A stretch of DNA of 64,000 nucleotides. Source: Chlorokybus atmophyticus. Taxonomy: Eukaryota > Plantae > Mesostigma and Chlorokybus algae. Below, one piece after another: positions 49,899-63,050 of the stretch. Both the position numbers and the translations under genes were made by a program. Below the pieces are notes generated by a model that saw only the letters and a program-made list of their open reading frames with translations, searched no databases and was not told where the DNA came from. Where the stretch lies: assembly GCA_009103225.1 (NCBI GenBank), contig RHPI01000385.1, positions 743,627 to 807,626 on the forward strand. Reading direction: 5' to 3'. Each line of letters opens with the position of its first letter. Within the stretch, counting starts at the first letter, position 1.

Positions 49899-52800
49899 GG
49901 ATGCAAGCTACAAGAGGAATACCATGACATAATTGCACAGCACGCTGCTGCTTGTGTACCTTGTGTGCACCACTCATGCCTTGTCAAGGCTTGCATACGG
50001 ACAAGCCTTGACTGAGTTTGCCGCCTTCCCCAAGCAGTGGTCGGGTACATACAGCTGAGATGCGAGTGCATGCAAACCCAAAGCCACACTCTCGTTGAAG
50101 AAAAAGAGATCCGGGGTCCAGATCTCTTCTTGTGTGCGCTCTACACGCTGAACTGGTATGCGCAAGGGTTGAGGTTGTTGCTGTGCACGGTGGTGCCATC
50201 CTCCCTCCAAGCCAGCCCTGCCACCTCCCGTTCCGAGCATGTTGGTTTGCACGCTATTCCAAGGTCCTAGTGGACTAAGAGTTTGGGGGTCTAGTCGTTG
50301 GTGTGCAACAGAGCGCTGGTATGCCAGACCAGTGGCTCCCCCTCCCCCNNNNNNNNNNNNNNNNNNNNNNNNNNNNNNNNNNNNNNNNNNNNNNNNNNNN
50401 NNNNNNNNNNNNNNNNNNNNNNNNNNNNNNNNNNNNNNNNNNNNNNNNNNNNNNNNNNNNNNNNNNNNNNNNNNNNNNNNNNNNNNNNNNNNNNNNNNNN
50501 NNNNNNNNNNNNNNNNNNNNNNNNNNNNNNNNNNNNNNNNNNNNNNNNNNNNNNNNNNNNNNNNNNNNNNNNNNNNNNNNNNNNNNNNNNNNNNNNNNNN
50601 NNNNNNNNNNNNNNNNNNNNNNNNNNNNNNNNNNNNNNNNNNNNNNNNNNNNNNNNNNNNNNNNNNNNNNNNNNNNNNNNNNNNNNNNNNNNNNNNNNNN
50701 NNNNNNNNNNNNNAGAATAGAACTGTCGTGTTGTGTTTACACATGTTGCATGCATTTGACTTCATGCACAGGTTGTGTCGTGTTGTGTTGTGCTGCTTTC
50801 TTTGCATTTCGCAATAGCTGCATGCCAGTCGCATACTTCAGCCATACACTGCACGCAGATGGCTTCGCGTGTGAGCCTCGTCTTATTGTTGTCTAGCCGC
50901 AGGTTGTTGAAGTTTGTGCTTTAGCCTATGTTATGGCGCATTCTCGCTAGGACAACTGCGAGCTGCTCCCCTCCTGCTGCCTCCCAAAATGCTGTTGTGC
51001 TTGGTGTTGCAAACGTTGGTTATTGGCGGTGCGGCCACGCCTAGCCATTGAGAAGTTTACGCAATCCGTGGTTGGTTGCATCGGTATTTGTTTGATACAC
51101 TGCCTGCTGACGCTTGGGCGCAGTGCCGCACGTCTCCATCACGTAACTTCCTAACTCGATTACAACAACCATGGGTTGATCTTGAGCTGTGTGATGCGGA
51201 CACAGATAGGGTCATGCACGCCTGCATAGGGCATTGGTGTAATGGCTTACGACGGTGAGCGCGCATGAGCGCGAGCTTTTGCACTGCTTACTGTTGGGAC
51301 TACGTGTACAAAAGAACGTCCAGGGTATTGTATAGCCTCAAGTGTTACGGCACATTTAGTCACTGTTATGTGCGCGTGCCTGATAACTTCTTATTGATTA
51401 GGGTGAGGGCGGAGGGGCCCCTTCCCCAAGGGGGTGGCGTATAGGTGAGCTGTGCAGTTGCAAGTGTTATGGCACATCAGTCAGTGGCGTGCATGCATGC
51501 GTGTACAGTCAGTGCGGAGGACGAATGTGCACGCTTTGTGTATGCTATGAACGCAGTCAACTTACCATCACATGATAGACCACCAGGATCAAGTAGGCTA
51601 CGTACTTCACTACCCGCACTACCTCCGACACCCCATTGAGCATGCAGTAATAATCACCTGCCCAAAGGGTCGTGTCTTCACGTGCATGATTGGGTTATGT
51701 GGTGCAGTTGCATATCACACGATACGGTATCGCGGCACTGTTAGTACTGATCACCGTGATTCACGTGCGTGCGTGCGTGTGTGTCATGGTGATGCTGTGG
51801 TGCTAGGTGTGGCCGCCAACACCTGTGTAATGCTCCTCTGTCTTTTTACACTACCTTGCATGCGAGCTAAAAAGTGACAGTGTATGTATACTTGCAGCAA
51901 TTGTGGTGCTGCCAACACTGAATGCAGTCCGCATGTAGACTTGGCGCTCAGTGTCAATGCGTGATCATAGCTGACGGATGCTGCATCCTGTGTTTGTTTT
52001 TTATTGTGATTCACGCTACCATAATGGCACACACGTGCAGAAAGTGATAGGCGTGGTGGAGCTGTCGCGAAGGTACTTCAACTACAGGTGCAACTCAAGG
52101 TGAGTTCCATGCGCTGCACTTGCGTGCAAGGGTCATGCTCCATACTACCTTACTGCAGCACCTCGTCGATGACAAAGTTGCCCGTCTCTCATATGCGTGT
52201 ACAAATAAGGTCACACATCACGATGACCCATGACAGCTCTTGTGTGCACAATAAGTTCCAAGTTTAACGCGAATTGCGTTTAACATTATAGCACCGCATT
52301 TGTTGCAAGTAGTACACGCAGCACATTTCCTACAGTTATCCACAAGCTGTCGCATGCGCGGCAGTCGTGGAGCGGCCAACAACTAGCACCACTATACGTG
52401 CGGATTGACAAAACATATTCAACACCCCCTATATGCACATGCGTGCACGCATGCATGCATACCACTGAGTGGTGTGCTATCACACATGCAATTGCACTGC
52501 ACAACCCACGATTATGCATCACCACACACGCGGGCATGCATCTCTGACCAACGTGCCGCAAGGCATGTCTTGCACAATGCTACGACCCAACACGACTTCA
52601 TACCTATGCAGCTGCACGCGCAGAGAGAGAGAGAGAGAGAGAGAGGTTGGAGTACTCTAAATGCTATAAGTACTCCAACTGCCTTCTTGTCTAGAATTTG
52701 CACGAAACAAAAAGTTGTGCTCTGCAGTCATTTACTTGTAAACCGATATGTTTTCTCACGTCTTGCCTAGATGCATGAACCAAGTGGGATGCAATGGAAA

Positions 52801-52939
52801 GGAAACATATGCCTTTCCAAAAAGGCAGGGAGCTGCGTGTAATCGTGCTCCCTGCGCAGCAATCGGTTTACCTCAATGTTTGTGTATGCAAGCTCTGATG
52901 ACTCGAAAGCCTACATCGCCTCAGCACAATGCACTATTT

Positions 52940-55900
52940 TCGCCTACTGCACCTGGATACCCCTGAACAGCATTGCTGGTTTAAAGTACTTGCAAGCCGG
53001 AAGTCTCGTCCCTGCTCCCATTACTTCCAACGTCTCCTTCTCAATGCTGTCGCTTAGCTCTGCTTGTTACGTGGCCAACAGTGTGCTGTAGTACTTGAGA
53101 GCGGCGAGTGTGCACGCGCGCATCAGATACTCAACCGCGTCAAAGTGGTGAACAGCACAAGGCAACTCGTTCAAATGCTTCCTTGCATTGGCAATAGTCA
53201 CTCTCGCCTCCTTCAGTGCTGCTAATGACGCCCGCGCATTGCGCTGCTTTTGAGCGACAAGCATGATGGCTCCAACGGAAAGCAGCAGGGCCTTGACAAG
53301 AAGGAGACGAGGGTGACTGTGCACAGTTGAGGGCAGCGGCAAAGCTGACCGCACAGCTTCATCCTGCATAAGACATGCTATTGCTGGTCCACGGCAGCTG
53401 TCCATGCAAAGTCATACTGCATCTTCGCATTTATTTCACACTTGTGCAGCAAATTTATGCTCAACCATTGCGACTTGCATGATAATGGACCGTAAACGCG
53501 GAAAATACTGCTATTTTGCCGTCATCAACCAAGGCTGGCAATAGAGCGCACCAGATAACACACTCTTGTACGCATTGACTGTTTATGCTGCAAACTATCC
53601 GCTAAGATCCCCGCGACCATACGAGCTTCACATGCGACATCAGGAATTGCGTGTGAAGCTCCTATGTGGGACCACAACACCATACTCTTTTCATATAGCC
53701 TCGAAAAATAAAAGCCCACGCACACGAATCTGGAGGTCACATGCACTTGTGTGCGCATGTGTTATGTTTTATGCGTGCAGCCAAGCGAACACACCTGCCC
53801 TGCCCTCAAAGTGGCTGCTGAATCCGCCAAGTCTGCTGCGCACCGGAGCACGTCACGCACGAGCCCCGCCGACTGCAAGGTCTCCTCCGCGCTATCCGCC
53901 GCACTAGCCGCTGCGTCCAGCACAATTAACGCAATCCAGATGAGGGTCTCAGGCACCTGTTCAGGGAGAGATTGGCTGAGCTCCATGACTCGGCCATAGA
54001 TCATTGACTGTGCACGCGTCCCCCCACCAGTAAGTCTCATACTTGACGAACGGGTTGTTAATTTCAATAATAAGGGTGAGAGTAGCGCATTGCGGGTGTT
54101 CAAACATGACTTCAGCAGCATGTGGGCCTCGTCCAAGCGAATGCGCCCTCCTCGCAAATGCAAACAGGAAGCCAGACTCTCTTGCGCTGTGGCTGTTCTG
54201 AGTGCCTCAGGGCCCTGCACAACACATATGTTTATGTAACAGTTTGAATGGGTTTGCAACAGATGGTGTAGTCAAAACAAGGTTTGCAAAAACTGTTTAC
54301 CCGCATTTATCGACTGCTTGCTTAGTCATAGTGGATCAGAGTCGCTTCCGCGAGTGGGACAATTTAGTAGACTGCAACGGTACCTCCTCATGTTTTACCA
54401 TCTCAAGCACTTTGCGCAGCCCATGCTCCGCTACCTCAAACCACTCCGCCTCTATGAGCAACTGAGCGCAGGGAGCCTCGCTGTTATACAATTGCCTGTA
54501 CTTGCAAGTACATGTGTAACACGTGGCTGGAACACAACACATGTACGCGCATGTGCGTGCGTGTACACAACACCTTTGACAGTAAGTCTAAAAGGATAAT
54601 GGAAAGATATGGTACCTCAGCGAGACGGGATGCTCTCTTCAGCAGCAATTATGGACGTGCCAGCTCTCTGCAAGCAGCGTTGTCACAGCATTGGCAATAT
54701 GTGCGAAACATCTACCAATTGCCAACTAGTGAGTGACAGAAGCCAGGACTACATACAGACCTCATGTGCTGTCACAGCTTGCATCATCTTGTCAACGTCA
54801 ACCGCTGCAGTCAAATGACCTTCTGCTTGACATTCTGTGCCCCGCCAAGCAATTCAGCGGAACCCAACGCGTAGAGCTGGTAGTGGACCTGTTAAACAAT
54901 AGTGGCTTTGCGTCACATGAGATTGCTTGTTTTGCACGACAATACCGGTGTCGTCTTGGCGTCACCTCAGCGCGATCAAAGCACATGCTCGCAACTTGCT
55001 TTGAAAGTCTCAGTGCAATGTCATGTCTTCACCCTTGATCTGTGCAAGTGGTATTATGGACGCGACACTGATATTGTCAATGCATGCAGAAGGAGACTGT
55101 ATATGTGGATACCTTCTAACAGAGCTTACCAATAGCCACGTCCCCACGAAGATACATGCATACATGCATAGAGGAAGCAAAAGTTGAGACCAAGTGCGTG
55201 GCAATTGCCACCAACCGCACATCGCCAGGGCAAGATACCCGACAGAGTTTTAAAAGGCCCAACACGGAAGTATATATGCATAGAAACCAAATGTGTGTGT
55301 GTCCACGTGCACGTGCGCGTGCCTATGTGCACGTGCGTGCGTGCGCGCGTGCGTTACTTGCCAGGTAGCAATCAACGGCGAGGATGGCATGTTATGAAGC
55401 AGGTAGAAATCCCCGAGGTTGAGCCAAGCAAGACCAAGGCTGACAGACAAACAGCTCAATACAGCATGCAGGTACGCATTGCACATGCAGCAAACAGCCA
55501 ACCTATAGTGATAGGGACCGTATACAGTTGCCAACCTCTCGATAGCTTCTTTGTAAAGCGGCTCGGCCTTGTCATACTCCTTCTGGACTCCGTATATGTC
55601 AGCCTGCACCGAACCCACACATCAACCGCAAAAACACACCTGCCCCGCCAGGCATATAGATACATGTGCACGCGCGCATGTGCACACGCACACACATCCT
55701 GCTCACAAGGCTGTTGCAGGCCGCGGCGATGTGGGGTCCGGTCTTCTTGAATCCTCTCTTGCCACTCGCAAAGCGCGCGTGAGGTACCGCTCTGTTTCGG
55801 CTAGGCGGCCCTATGTGTAGAGTCAGAAAGCGATTGCATGCGCACAAAGTGGAACAAAAGGTTTGAGGTTGCTTTGCATGGTAGGAGTGCTTGAACACGA

Positions 55901-56948
55901 CCAGCAGTTGAAATAATAACTTGCGTGTCGGACACGCGCCTCAGTAAGCAAGTGATCGACAACGCCATTTGAAACAGATGCCAATGCATGTTAAGTGACA
56001 TGCAATATACAAGCGCATGCAACACGTGCTGCGCTGTAATAATGCCGCAACAGCAAGCGCGCCAAAACAGCTGGCTGAATGCCTTTCGACAGACTTGCAT
56101 GGACAATGCACGCATAGATTGGTGTTACTACTGACAAGTACCTTTGGGAACAGGTTCGTTTCAACATTCGTGTATACACGCCATCGCGCGTACACGGCGG
56201 CGGGCTGCTGGTCATAGAAGCTGACATCGAGCTCAACATCAACGTCTGGTTTCTTGTCATTGTCCTCTTGCTCGCGTGCAACAGCTGCTGCCGTCGCCAA
56301 AGCTGAGCAACACAGACGTTGGGGCGGTTCAGCTCGTGCTCAATCCAGTTTATGCTTGACTTGCTCAAAAGCACATTGAATCTAAGCAAGTCAAGAATGA
56401 ACTTGTTGATCCTGCTATAAATACAACGTGAAACTGCTCTCATGCCCTGCAGCTTAAGCAGGGCATGAGGCTTGAAAAGCCATGAAGCCCTGAAGAATAA
56501 TGCACTAAAGTTTACAGTTGATGCCTGCATGTACTGAAGCATGCATACGGCAGCCTGCTCACTAATCATGCTGCTGATTACAAGCAGCTACTACTACATG
56601 ACTTAATGCGCATGTTGTGACCACTGGGTTTTGTTACGACGTTTGTTTGTTCATCTGACCACAGTCAAGCGAGAAGCCCGCATGAACGCAGTATACTGCG
56701 CAGTGGCAACGAACTTACTTTATGCATTGACATGCAGGAGCGAAAGCGACGAAAGCCCTAGCGTTGCTGATGCCGCCGCCTCCCCCTCCTCCCCCCCCTC
56801 CTCTTTGTCCTTCAGCTGCTGCTGCTGCCCGTTTTGCTGCAGCCGTCGCCAACGACAACCGCAAGGCTTGAACAGTGCTGCAGCGCTGGAAGGCGGCTGA
56901 CCGCACGCACCACCGAGCGGAGGTCGCCGCTGCCGCCAGCAACGCCAT
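52940..56948 (-). pseudogene. Tandem duplicate (copy B) of the TPR gene, disabled
   Basis: Exon-by-exon homology to 46109-49898. Lesions: 1-nt deletion in the GRLAETERY exon (104 vs 105 nt, about 55707-55810); 8-nt gain plus TGA in the IKG exon (about 54967-55040); 2-nt loss in the exon near 54617-54668; TAG in the microexon position (about 55115-55126); CAA to TAA at 53067-53069. Confidence 0.85.
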
Positions 56949-58312
56949 GGTCGATCAGAGCCACACTGTACTAGAAAGTACGCTTGGGCCCTAGGGCCTG
57001 TGGCTACAAGCACAGCATGCTGCTGCTTTTGTATCTGATGTATGCACAATTAATTGTGTCATTTGTGTGCACAATTTGTTTTTTCATTATGCACACAACA
57101 GGTTTGATTCGCCGTCAAGTGCTCCAAGCAATGGTATGCAATGCTCAACAACGTTTGCGTTAGGCCTAACATACGATTGATAGGCTAGACCAGCGCACTC
57201 ACATTTTGTAATGCGCATGGGTTGAGGCTACTATTGCTGTGCACGGTGCTCTGTGTCAGTGATAGTGGTGATTCTCGTGGGTCTCGCCATCATGTTTCGC
57301 CGCATTGCACCAAAGGTCTAATTTTGGTGCTTAGCGAAACCAGCCAATCCCGTCATGTTGGGCGAATATGCTTGGATTGCACTAGAATTTCAGAATATCA
57401 GCAACTTATTTCAGCATTGAGGTATTACAGCCTGAAACTTATGGTTGGAGAGAGTAGGAAAACGATGAGCACGACGAGGGAATATATATGGCGTATCAAG
57501 GTCAATTATTAAGAAGATATATGTGTAAAACTCTGTCTTGGCCCTTATTCTGATTATTACTATTATTCGCTCTGTGTTGTGTTGCTGTGGTTTGCAAAAA
57601 TGTGCTTGCGTCTTGCACACTATTGAGCGTGCCTAGCGTAGCTCTTATGTGCTATGGATGGATGTAGACATATAAGAACAATTTGTAACTATAGACATGT
57701 ACCATTGATACATTGATTGATACATGTGCATGCACATGTTCATTACACATAGATATTACCAAATGCAATATTACACGCATTGCATCAACCTCCGCAATGC
57801 TACATTCAAGTGAGTTCGTGTGTTTATCATGTACACTTTATGAGTAATCATCAACTGCGTAAACTGCGTAATCTACTTGCACAAGCATTTCATATCACCA
57901 TTGTTATAATGGTAAAAATGGCATGGGTTGTTATATGCCCATTTGCTAGGCTGCCAACAATTGCCCATTGTATTTGCAGCTCAGCACCAGTTATCAAGCC
58001 CAAAGATGATTGCACCACTTTTACTAGCTCCCCCCATTCAGGCCAACTTACCCATTACCTCCCCTTCCGGGTGTGTCATATGTATGGGAATTCCATGGAT
58101 GCAAGTATGCACAGCACGCACACGCACTCACCAACGAAGACAAGCATCAACAATAACCACCTGAATCTCAAACTGGCATGCACAGCACATGCAGCTGCAG
58201 TACACCGCACAGGTAGAGCCCACATGCCACACACGCCCACAGACGCGTGCACACTTACACATGTCATTGACTGGTATGCCGCAAGATATGCAGCTGCAAC
58301 TGCGCGCGCGCT

Positions 58313-58319
<7 letters not shown>

Positions 58320-58373
<54 letters not shown>
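58320..58373. repeat. (GA)n microsatellite
   Basis: Direct reading. A shorter (GA)n is at about 52622-52645 and a (TA)n(TG)n tract at about 60053-60088. Confidence 0.95.
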
Positions 58374-58375
<2 letters not shown>

Positions 58376-58558
58376 CTGGACACATAATCAGGTGGAGTAC
58401 TTACACGAAACTGCACTTTGACCTTGACTCCAACTTGATATATAAACACGAGAACCAAAGACAGGAAGAAAGGCTGTACACATGCAGCCAACCTCTTGTT
58501 GGCGACAAATCTACACCCATTGACGAACCCCAACTATAATGCTCCGCAACTAGCCCAT

Positions 58559-60052
58559 CTAATCTTGCCTAATCTGGATGAGTGCCATGGTAGTGCAGCC
58601 CATGAACAGGGCTGCGTACTTTGCTAGAGGCTCGTACTTGCTGTCGGAGCAAACGCGCTTGAACGCCTTCATGATGATATGGTTGAGGGCGACGAAGATG
58701 AACACGCCTGCCGCAATACCGTTGAGGATAGACGAGGCCCACAGGCCGTCTCGTCCCGTTGTGGTGCGGTCGATGATGATGCCAATGGCGATGCCGACAG
58801 GCGCGGTGATACCAAAACAGAAGGCGTAGAAGGCGAGCTTGCTCAGCATAAAGCGTTGCGTGACGGCCAAGATGGTCACACCGAGCGCCACGCCCTCGAA
58901 GAACTTGTGGATGAGGATCGTGCCTGCCGTGGACCACGTGTCCGACACCGTCGCGCTCACGCCAATGGCCAGGCCCTCAAACACAGCGTGGAAGCAGAGC
59001 GCAAAGACCAGCAAGACGGCATCCGTCACGGACAGGTTCAGCGCGTTGCCCGTGAGCAAGTAAGGCTTCTCCAGGTCCGTGCCTGTACCCACAACCTTGT
59101 CCATGGAGGCACCATCATGAGCCTCTATCGGGCATGGGCAGTTATCCGCGGGGCAGCTGCAATTACATGCCACAGGACAGAGGACGATGAGCACACTAGA
59201 CCACATGGAATTGCAGCCCACATGAGAGAGATGTACAGTGCATATGGACACCATGACGCACCTGCAGTTTGCTGGGCATCGCGTGCACATCTCTGGCGCG
59301 TTTTTGCCACTCTCAATGTCTTTTGACACAGGCGCAGAAGGTGTATGCGCAGAGTGCTGGCTTACAATGGCGCCGGGTATAGCCTGCCAATACGGTGACT
59401 GTCAGACATTGCACAAGAAACACACAACAGCACCAGGCTGTAAGCACGATGCTGGTAACAAATGCAATGCAAGACAAGCCCATAATAATCAATGACACGT
59501 TCGCTTAGAACGGACACACACGCACACGCACATGCAGGCCCAGACCCGCTTACAATCTCAAGAGTACGATATATTAAGTGCTAGGTCACTCACTGGCTGC
59601 TTAGAGAACAGCGCCTCAGTGGCTCCATTGGCCACCTGATTCTCCTTGCGCTTGTCCATGATCATATGCACAACGATGTCCGCCAGAAATGCGGCCAGGT
59701 AGCCAACGATGACCAGCAGGTACGCCCAGGGATACCTGCAGAGCAAGCCATAACAACAATTCAAACACGAACATGCTTGTACAAGTAATAACAAGCAAAC
59801 AACAACCAATTTGCAAGTTCTAAGCAAGCTACGGAAAGCAGCTGCTTACGGTGAGTCGCTTAGGGATTGCAGGCCTTCATTAGAGTCTCCTATCAAGTGC
59901 ATCATCGCAAGCGTGAAGAAGAGCCCCCCGGCGAAGAGCATGCCATAGATGATCAGCCAGCTCGCGAACGTGAAGAAGTACGGGAGGAATGCGCCAAGGA
60001 AGGGCACGAAAAAGATGACGACCATCGCGCCAACCTGCAGCAATCAATATCA

Positions 60053-60088
<36 letters not shown>

Positions 60089-60857
60089 AATACATGACCC
60101 GAATCGTAGGCTCCCGGCAACAATAACTTGATTTGTCACTAGTCGCATACAGCATGCTGCTTCAAAAACACAAGAAGTACCCAGCATGACTAAGGTTACT
60201 GATCATAGCAAGGAGTGTTTAAGCAACTGTGCATGTCACTGGGGACGTACACTGACAGTTCACATCTTGTAAGGTCTGGAAACTGTAGGCGTAAACTTGT
60301 ACTGCCTGGTGCTGTTCTACGGGCTGAAACTAGGTAAGCAGCTGCTTGAGCCAAGGTGATGTACCGTAGTGTAAACCATTGCTACATGAGTGAGCCACAT
60401 GTGGTCCAGAACGCAAGCAAAGCAAAGGCGGCTTCGTAGGCGGTAAGCACGTATGGGACCCGCTTAACCAGGTAAGCAGCACGCACTGCGGCACTCTACC
60501 AATGCTGGCTGGCAAACTCTCACAGAACACAAAGCCACTGCATGTTGAAGTATGAACGCTAGGCAAGACGCAAGCTACTCATTTGAAGCTTGGAGGAAAA
60601 CACATGGTTGACGTGGCTTCCTGTGTAGGCAGGGCGGCACTACAGCCCACCTTGTTGGCCACCAGGTGGCCATTCGACCGCAGGTCCTGTGCAGCAGCAG
60701 AGGAGTCTGATGAACCAGGAGACTGAACATCGTCCGCCGTCGCCGACTGCTCATCACTATGGATGACACCGTTGTGTGCAGCCACAAGCGGAAGCGCCAC
60801 AGCGGCCAGCACCAGCAGCAGCGACAGCACTCGTGCTAGCAGCCGCTGGTCCGCCAT
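58559..60857 (-). CDS. ZIP-family (Zrt/Irt-like) metal transporter with signal peptide, multi-exon
   Basis: Signal peptide, TM1-3 (VGAMVVIFFVPFLGAFLP, LFAGGLFFTLAMMHLI, YPWAYLLVIVGY), TM4 ALCFHAVFEGLAIG, TM5 ILIHKFFEGVALG, TM6-8 (TAPVGIAIG, LNGIAAGVFIFVALNHII). Confidence 0.93.
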
Positions 60858-62182
60858 AGCAAGCAGTCACTAAAAAATGTACAAAGGCTTTTAACAGAAC
60901 ACCACAGCAACGCACACACCACCCTCCCAAGAAATTGCCCGGCCCCGCCACCAACGCCGCCGCTGCTAACGCCGCCGCCAAGATCAGCGAGGCCCTCAGC
61001 TACCGAACCTTTGCATTAAAGCCGTACAACCGTAGGGTCTGTTGTACAACATCTGTACTATTGCATGTTTAATCGTACAGCTTACGGTTTGAACTGTACG
61101 GTAATTGCTGCTGGCAATGCCCGGCTGCAAGCTATTGAGCCGATGCACAATGCGCAACCACGGCATGAGTTCGCACTGCGGGTGAGCGCTGCAGAGCAGC
61201 GGAAGGGCAATATCAACCAACGTCATAATGAAGCCTATGCAAGTGCTAGGAGACTAATTTCAGGACTTAATGCCCGGCTGCGGTGCACTACAGCAAAGCG
61301 CAGTGTGCGGCTCTGCATGATTATCGTACGTATTAGGCTTCGTCAGTCTACGGCTTTCTCACATGTACGAAGTTTTGGCGGTGCTTGACAGCTGAAGGCA
61401 ACAAACGACAAACACCACGCGGCGCTTCGTACAGCTCTGGTACAAATGTTCGTGCAACGCGATCCGTCCGTGCAGTCCCGCCTTCCACTCTCTGTACAAT
61501 CTGATCCGGTATTGATCATGGGGCAAAAGGGTCGCTAGCAGGGTTGCTAGTGCCGCACTAACGAGAGCGCTCTCACCATTCAAGGCTCATGCTAAACCAC
61601 GACGAGTTACGACGGCGTACGAGAAATCCTTCATTGAGGATGGCATTACACCAACTCATTGGGAAAAGCACCTGTAAAGTGGTGTTAATGTCTTGACCAC
61701 ACTCCCTATAATACCTCATTCAATAATTTTCAAATGATAGCTCATTTTACGTAAATTATCTTAACAGATATTGTTTAGACGGCGGGCAATACATCAGCCG
61801 AAACATGCATAATAACGTGTCCATGTTGCACAATGTTCACTCGCAGATTTAAAACATAAAAGAGTGATGTTGCGCTTTCAAATATGTATCATACGCATGA
61901 AATGCACATGCATGTAAGCAACATGTGCATGGCATGCATACATGAAGCGTGCTGTTGACTATGTGTAACGGGAGCAATAATAATAGGGGTATTATTGCTA
62001 CCTGAATAACACATTTTGTATGAATAAGTATTTAAATATGCTTATTTATACCTCTTTTCTACGGTTCCTCGCTTATTAAAGGCTATGATGCTTTATCATA
62101 GCTTAAATAAGTCCCAATGGGTGTAGAACCGCTTATTCAAGCCTATTTAGTGTCACATTCGATATAATGTGATCACTATCTC

Positions 62183-62240
62183 GTTAGGTACCTTACGATA
62201 GGTATCTTTGGATAGGTACCTTATCGATAGGTACCTTATC
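62183..62240. repeat. Four tandem near-palindromic 14-15-mers (GATAGGTACCTTATC consensus)
   Basis: GTTAGGTACCTTAC, GATAGGTATCTTTG, GATAGGTACCTTATC, GATAGGTACCTTATC in direct succession. Confidence 0.85.
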
Positions 62241-63050
62241 TGAGCTGTGATTGGCTCACGCTAGATTTCCTAACTACCCTATCTGTAGGGTCGATATCTA
62301 GTTGTGAGTTAATTATCGAGAGTTATATAGTTGATATACTCTTGATATAAAAGGTCACATGAATCTGATGTGGGGACTTTCAGTTCTCTGCTCAGTGGCG
62401 GCCACGCCGCTGAAAGGCTTGTCATAGGCGGTGTGGGTATTGGGGTAGAGGATTGAAGGGGCATCACCGGCGACGGTGGTGCTGTTACATTGGTATCCAG
62501 GAGGGGGGTGACGTGGGTACTTATAGGGGGCGGCGACCTGCTTTCGGCCAATCAGAAGCGTCGGCGGCGGCCTCCTATTCGTCGACGCAGCCCAAGCTTC
62601 AAGTTTGCTTCCCTGCGCTACCTCCACGTTGAAGCCACCTATCAAAGAGGCGGCCTCTCCACGTTGAGGTACCATCACACGTCGGTGACTTGCCTGCTTG
62701 CCTGCTTGTTAGCTGCTTGCCAGGTGCTTGCCAAGTGCACGTGTGTACTTTCATGCACATCACACAGTGGCTTGCCAGTGCACTATCATTGCTTGCAGTA
62801 ATTGCCTGTCATTACATGCGGTGATTGCGGCTTGCTAGTGTGCCATCACTGTTTGTCACACTTAGTGCACTGTCATTGCTTGCAGTGATTGCCTGTCATT
62901 GCATGCGGTGATTGCTTGTCATTGTGCTTGCCAGTGCATGTCACAGTTAGTCACCGTGCGGCTTGCCTGTTGCATGCCTGTGACGTACCTGTGACCTGCC
63001 AGCGGCTTTGCCGGGTCGTTTGACCCGGGTCCGTAAGTTCCAAACCAAAC

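Noticed and set aside
60985-61400. MITE with terminal inverted repeats upstream of the ZIP gene
   Set aside because: The putative arms share only a short core (AAAGCCGTA/TACGGCTTT) and no target-site duplication was found.
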